DNA of 63,423 nt from a virus (Duplodnaviria; Caudoviricetes), in IMG/VR virus record IMGVR_UViG_3300032665_000026, positions 1-63,423 of that record; one strand, written 5' to 3'. The notes beneath the pieces were generated by a model, which did no database searches, was not told the DNA's origin, and worked only from the letters and a program-made list of their open reading frames with translations. Position 1 is the stretch's first letter. Every line of letters begins with the position of its first letter. This document shows, piece after piece, positions 59,999 to 63,423 of the stretch. A program made the translations under genes and the position numbers.

Positions 59999-60358
59999 TT
60001 ATGCCCAGTGGTCCTGGTGACCACAATTCTTGTTGGTACCATCGCACTCAGGGTGATGAGCACTGTGCCATTGGAATGGCGCACCCAAAACATTGACAGC
60101 TTCTTTCTGCAAGATGTCATAGAGTTCATTGAGGTGGTCAATCGTTAGCTTAAGCCCAAGAGGGAACATGCGACTAGCATTTTCCAACTCATTGACGCTG
60201 CTATCCTCATTCATCAAGATCTGAGCAATGATTGAGAAAGGTGAAATGATCTCACCCATCTTACCACCCCAGTCCTTGATGCCCTCAAGGAATTCAACGT
60301 GAGCAATACGTGCCTCAGCTGCTTCATCAAGTTTCAAGTCGAGATTGAACTCTTCCAT
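59999..60358 (-). CDS. Hypothetical protein (start 60358)
   Basis: AAACAAGGAG leader before MEEFNLDL. Confidence 0.6.
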   Translation of the reverse strand: MEEFNLDLKLDEAAEARIAHVEFLEGIKDWGGKMGEIISPFSIIAQILMNEDSSVNELENASRMFPLGLKLTIDHLNELYDILQKEAVNVLGAPFQWHSAHHPECDGTNKNCGHQDHWA

Positions 60359-60490
60359 TGTTGCTCCTTGTTTATTTGTTACAGTACCAATCTGGTACAC
60401 TGTGTATCATAAGACACACATGGCACTCAGGTGTAACCATATAGACCACACCTGAGTTGTTGAGTTATAAGTTACTCAATGAACTTGGGG

Positions 60491-61984
60491 CTAAAGCAAA
60501 CCAAGCAAAGCGTCACGGATAGGACCAGCAGGCTTATTGATAAGCTTGCCAGCCTTGAACCCCTTGACTGCTTCTTCAACACTCGGAATCATAATGATCC
60601 GGTGCTTCTTGACCAGTTGAGCACACTGCTTAGTTAATTCATTGTTGCGTCCATCAGTCTTGCTGGTGACGATACCATCACATACCCAGATAAGATCCTC
60701 ACCGGGATGACGTTGATTGATAGCCCACGTAAGAGCAGGACCATCAACACCGTTACCCATCCCACCTACAGATGGGATCTCAGCTACACGCCAACCACGC
60801 CTAGCAAAGATCCAAGCATTGGGCTGATCATCACCACAGTGACTGTACGCCATGATGACAGCAGCTGGTGCTGCCTCAACGATGGACTCGATGTCAGATT
60901 GAGTCAGGCTCATAGAACCTGAGATATCAATCAACACCACGCCACCACGTACCCTCTTCTTGTGAGTGAAGATTCGTCGCTCAGGGTCAGTGTAAAGTCG
61001 GCTGATGTTGCCGATGCTACGACCGAACTGAGCAGGCTTACGCTTGCGCTTCATGTACCCTTCTACCTCAACAGATAGCACGAGAGAATCATCGATGTTA
61101 AGCTTGGCAAACATGCCACGCTCATCGGTGGGGAACTCGTAATCATCAGGTAGCTCATCTTTGAGTGGAGTTCTAAAGGGAGATAACTTACCCTCTTCAC
61201 TCGGCTCAGTGGATTCACCATACTCTGAAGCACGCTTATCCTCTTCCTCGTCACGCTCACGCTGGATAGTTTCAGGAGCTTTCATGCCTGTTGAAGCATA
61301 CTGTGAGATCTCAGCAGCAACACGGATTGTGTTGTTGAAGCCACGAGGGCCAGTAACACCACCACCAAAATCGTATGGGGAAGTGTCACCGAGATCCATG
61401 GGATCACCCAACAGAACCTTATCGAGCCTCTTGCTGAGCTTACGCAACCGCTCAGACCATTCAGGGTTCACAGACCTAACGCCACTCGCGAACGAGTCAA
61501 ACGATTTGGTACCGTGATGCTCCACAGTGAACTTGAGTGCCTCATCCCAGTGCCTAGACGACTTGCCTGTAGCAAGCATCACTCCACGCTTCTTCTCATT
61601 GCCAAGTATCTCGTTAGAATCAACGCCCTTGAGCTCTAAGAATGGCTTGGCGACAGCATTGACTCGGGCTTGTTCTGCAACACGAAGCATAGCATCAGTA
61701 ATACCATGCGACTTGTAAGTAATACCACCCTGCTTGTAAATGTTGTCATCCATTGGAGAGATACGAGCTTCAATTAGCTTGCGCACCTTCAACTGCTGTG
61801 ACTGACTGTCCCCCGTGAGAGGGACAGCCAATACACTCGCAGCGAAGTCTACACCAGCGCCGTACTCACCCACTGTTGTAACAACTTCCCAGTTGTTACC
61901 AGTAGGCGCATCATCACGGTATGAAACGATCGCACCAACTAGTGGCTTGACCCCTTCTTCCTCGATAGCGTAGTCTTCACTCAT
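60491..61984 (-). CDS. VWA-domain protein (CobT/MoxR partner)
   Basis: VLIDISGSMS MIDAS motif, GNGVDGPAL, WVCDG. Confidence 0.85.
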   Translation of the reverse strand: MSEDYAIEEEGVKPLVGAIVSYRDDAPTGNNWEVVTTVGEYGAGVDFAASVLAVPLTGDSQSQQLKVRKLIEARISPMDDNIYKQGGITYKSHGITDAMLRVAEQARVNAVAKPFLELKGVDSNEILGNEKKRGVMLATGKSSRHWDEALKFTVEHHGTKSFDSFASGVRSVNPEWSERLRKLSKRLDKVLLGDPMDLGDTSPYDFGGGVTGPRGFNNTIRVAAEISQYASTGMKAPETIQRERDEEEDKRASEYGESTEPSEEGKLSPFRTPLKDELPDDYEFPTDERGMFAKLNIDDSLVLSVEVEGYMKRKRKPAQFGRSIGNISRLYTDPERRIFTHKKRVRGGVVLIDISGSMSLTQSDIESIVEAAPAAVIMAYSHCGDDQPNAWIFARRGWRVAEIPSVGGMGNGVDGPALTWAINQRHPGEDLIWVCDGIVTSKTDGRNNELTKQCAQLVKKHRIIMIPSVEEAVKGFKAGKLINKPAGPIRDALLGLL

Positions 61985-62730
61985 TACAGTGAAGCCGTCG
62001 TGCTCAAGGTACCGAGACGAATGACATCGATGATAGAGTCAGCAAGCTTACCGAAGACAAGCTTTGCAGCACGCTCCGTGGAGAACGCTGGGTTCTGACG
62101 CAGAAGCTGGAACTCCTTCCAAGCACGCAATGAAGCACGCTCGCCGTTCTGACCAGCAACAATAGCTGCAGCAAGCATGCGCAACTCTGGTGGCAATGCA
62201 GCGACCAACGCAGCCGGGTGGGCAGCGTCAATCTTGATTGCAACCGGGAAGCGGTCACGCAATGGAGCAGCGATCATGTTGGGATCCGTGAAGTTCGTGG
62301 TCATGATAGCCGAGAAGTTCTCATTAGGACGAATAGTCTCGCCCGTGTAAGGATTCTTCCAGACCGATGACTCCGCACTGTCAAGGAACGCCATCAGCGT
62401 CGACTCAACGTCACCGGAAGCACGGTTGATCTCGTCAATAACTGCACGAGCACCGGACTTCCAAGCACGAGCCAATGCACCCTCGACGAAGCCGAAACCA
62501 CCGCTAGGCGTAGGCAGCATTGCACCTACGATGTCGCCTGTGGTCATGTCCTCGGAGCAGATGAGTCGCTCAGACCCAGCGTCACCGACGCCGAGAGTGA
62601 GAGCCGAGTAGGTCTTGCCGGTCCCAGGAGGGCCGTACAGGATGACCTTCTTGACACCTGCAGCGATTACGTCCTCCAAGTCGATGAAGCACTGGGGAAC
62701 GGGAATGCCTTCGTATGAAGTTTCGCTCAT
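61984..62730 (-). CDS. MoxR/CbbQ-like AAA+ ATPase
   Basis: GPPGTGKT, IDEINRA, MTTN, PLRDRF. Confidence 0.9.
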   Translation of the reverse strand: MSETSYEGIPVPQCFIDLEDVIAAGVKKVILYGPPGTGKTYSALTLGVGDAGSERLICSEDMTTGDIVGAMLPTPSGGFGFVEGALARAWKSGARAVIDEINRASGDVESTLMAFLDSAESSVWKNPYTGETIRPNENFSAIMTTNFTDPNMIAAPLRDRFPVAIKIDAAHPAALVAALPPELRMLAAAIVAGQNGERASLRAWKEFQLLRQNPAFSTERAAKLVFGKLADSIIDVIRLGTLSTTASL

Positions 62731-62808
62731 AATAGTTTTCCTTCTTGTTTGTTTGTTGTTTTACGGTGCTTGTTATCACCGGACACATACCGGTTATGGT
62801 ATGTATCG

Positions 62809-62878
62809 CACTGCAGATGGGAATCGAACCCACAATCTTCTAGCTGAACTAGACGCTCTACCATTGAGCCACTGCAGT
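62809..62878 (-). tRNA. Atypical tRNA with shortened anticodon arm centred on UCA
   Basis: ACTGCAG TG GCTC-AATGGTA-GAGC G TCTAG-TTCAG-CTAGA AGATT GTGGG-TTCGATT-CCCAT CTGCAGT G. Confidence 0.75.
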
Positions 62879-62891
62879 AACCACTTACCTA

Positions 62892-63341
62892 CTAGTAACG
62901 CTTGTTGTCATAAACAAGGCGAGAGGTATAGGTTTCTGTCGCATGAGTGAAAGTGATGACCGATGCTTTAAACTGCGCAAGACTAGCACCATTACCAAGC
63001 ACCAACAACGTTGTTGAAGCAAGGCTTGACAGAGCAACAGCCAATACATTGGTGTCACTGTTCAGTGTGTAGTCAGGAGAGTTAGAGTGACGGTTGAGCA
63101 CAATAGCATCGTTAGCCAGTGCATGAGCAGCGGCTCGTGATGCAGAAAGATTGTTGTTGTTAAGCCCAATCTCCAGTGCTGAATAGTCCTTAAGCATCTT
63201 TGACACGATCGGTTGTGTCGCATGCTTCCAAGCATTGTACTTACTCAGTGGGCTAGCACTGACAGCAACTGCAGGGAGCATGAGTGTTGTAACCACAACC
63301 ACACTCGCAACCTTCTTAGTTAGACTAATTAGATTCATCAT
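62892..63341 (-). CDS. Secreted/exported helical protein (start 63341)
   Basis: AAACAAGGAG leader; signal peptide KKVASVVVVTTLMLPAVAVSA. Confidence 0.65.
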   Translation of the reverse strand: MMNLISLTKKVASVVVVTTLMLPAVAVSASPLSKYNAWKHATQPIVSKMLKDYSALEIGLNNNNLSASRAAAHALANDAIVLNRHSNSPDYTLNSDTNVLAVALSSLASTTLLVLGNGASLAQFKASVITFTHATETYTSRLVYDNKRY

Positions 63342-63376
63342 TTCTCCTTGTTTGTTTGGAATAACAGGTGTTACTC

Positions 63377-63418
63377 CGATGGGTACCCAAGCCTGTCGTC
63401 CGACTTGGATACCCATCG
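63377..63418 (-). other. Long hairpin upstream of the secreted-protein gene
   Basis: CGATGGGTATCCAAG/CTTGGGTACCCATCG, 15 bp with one U-G pair on the - strand. Confidence 0.6.
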
Positions 63419-63423
63419 CAGCA

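Noticed and set aside
1-63423. Genome-wide stop-codon recoding
   Set aside because: Long genes are intact in the standard code and TGA, TAG and TAA all end genes at tight junctions

Overview
This window is part of a large, AT-leaning tailed dsDNA phage genome. Baseplate genes suggest a contractile tail. Two WhiB genes and an Rpf-like lysozyme point to an actinobacterial host (inference). The + strand (1-51.4 kb) carries tail/baseplate genes, an SNF2 helicase, three glycosyltransferases, six tRNAs and a replication/recombination module (5'-3' exonuclease, DnaC-like loader, DnaB, DnaG, SSB, GroES, DnaE, RecA, nucleases). It ends with a block of unusual putative head-associated proteins and the large terminase. 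DnaE is a fractured gene: two halves joined by a naturally split intein, with a free-standing GIY-YIG/NUMOD3 endonuclease between them. The - strand (51.4-63.4 kb) is an early-type region of small genes whose spacers are packed with structured RNA. It holds three type II hammerhead ribozymes (one canonical, two core variants) and four copies of an H-type pseudoknot with an invariant CUGGGUAU loop. It also holds two ~50-nt mini-tRNAs (acceptor plus T arm only) and a tRNA with a shortened anticodon arm centred on UCA. A ~1.05 kb ORF-free, heavily base-paired RNA there contains four copies of a 27-nt hairpin module. This RNA toolkit, together with phage-encoded Sm/Hfq-like, WYL and DEDDh proteins, is the best candidate for an undescribed system. 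All calls were made by eye from motifs and manual base-pairing; no searches or folding programs were run.
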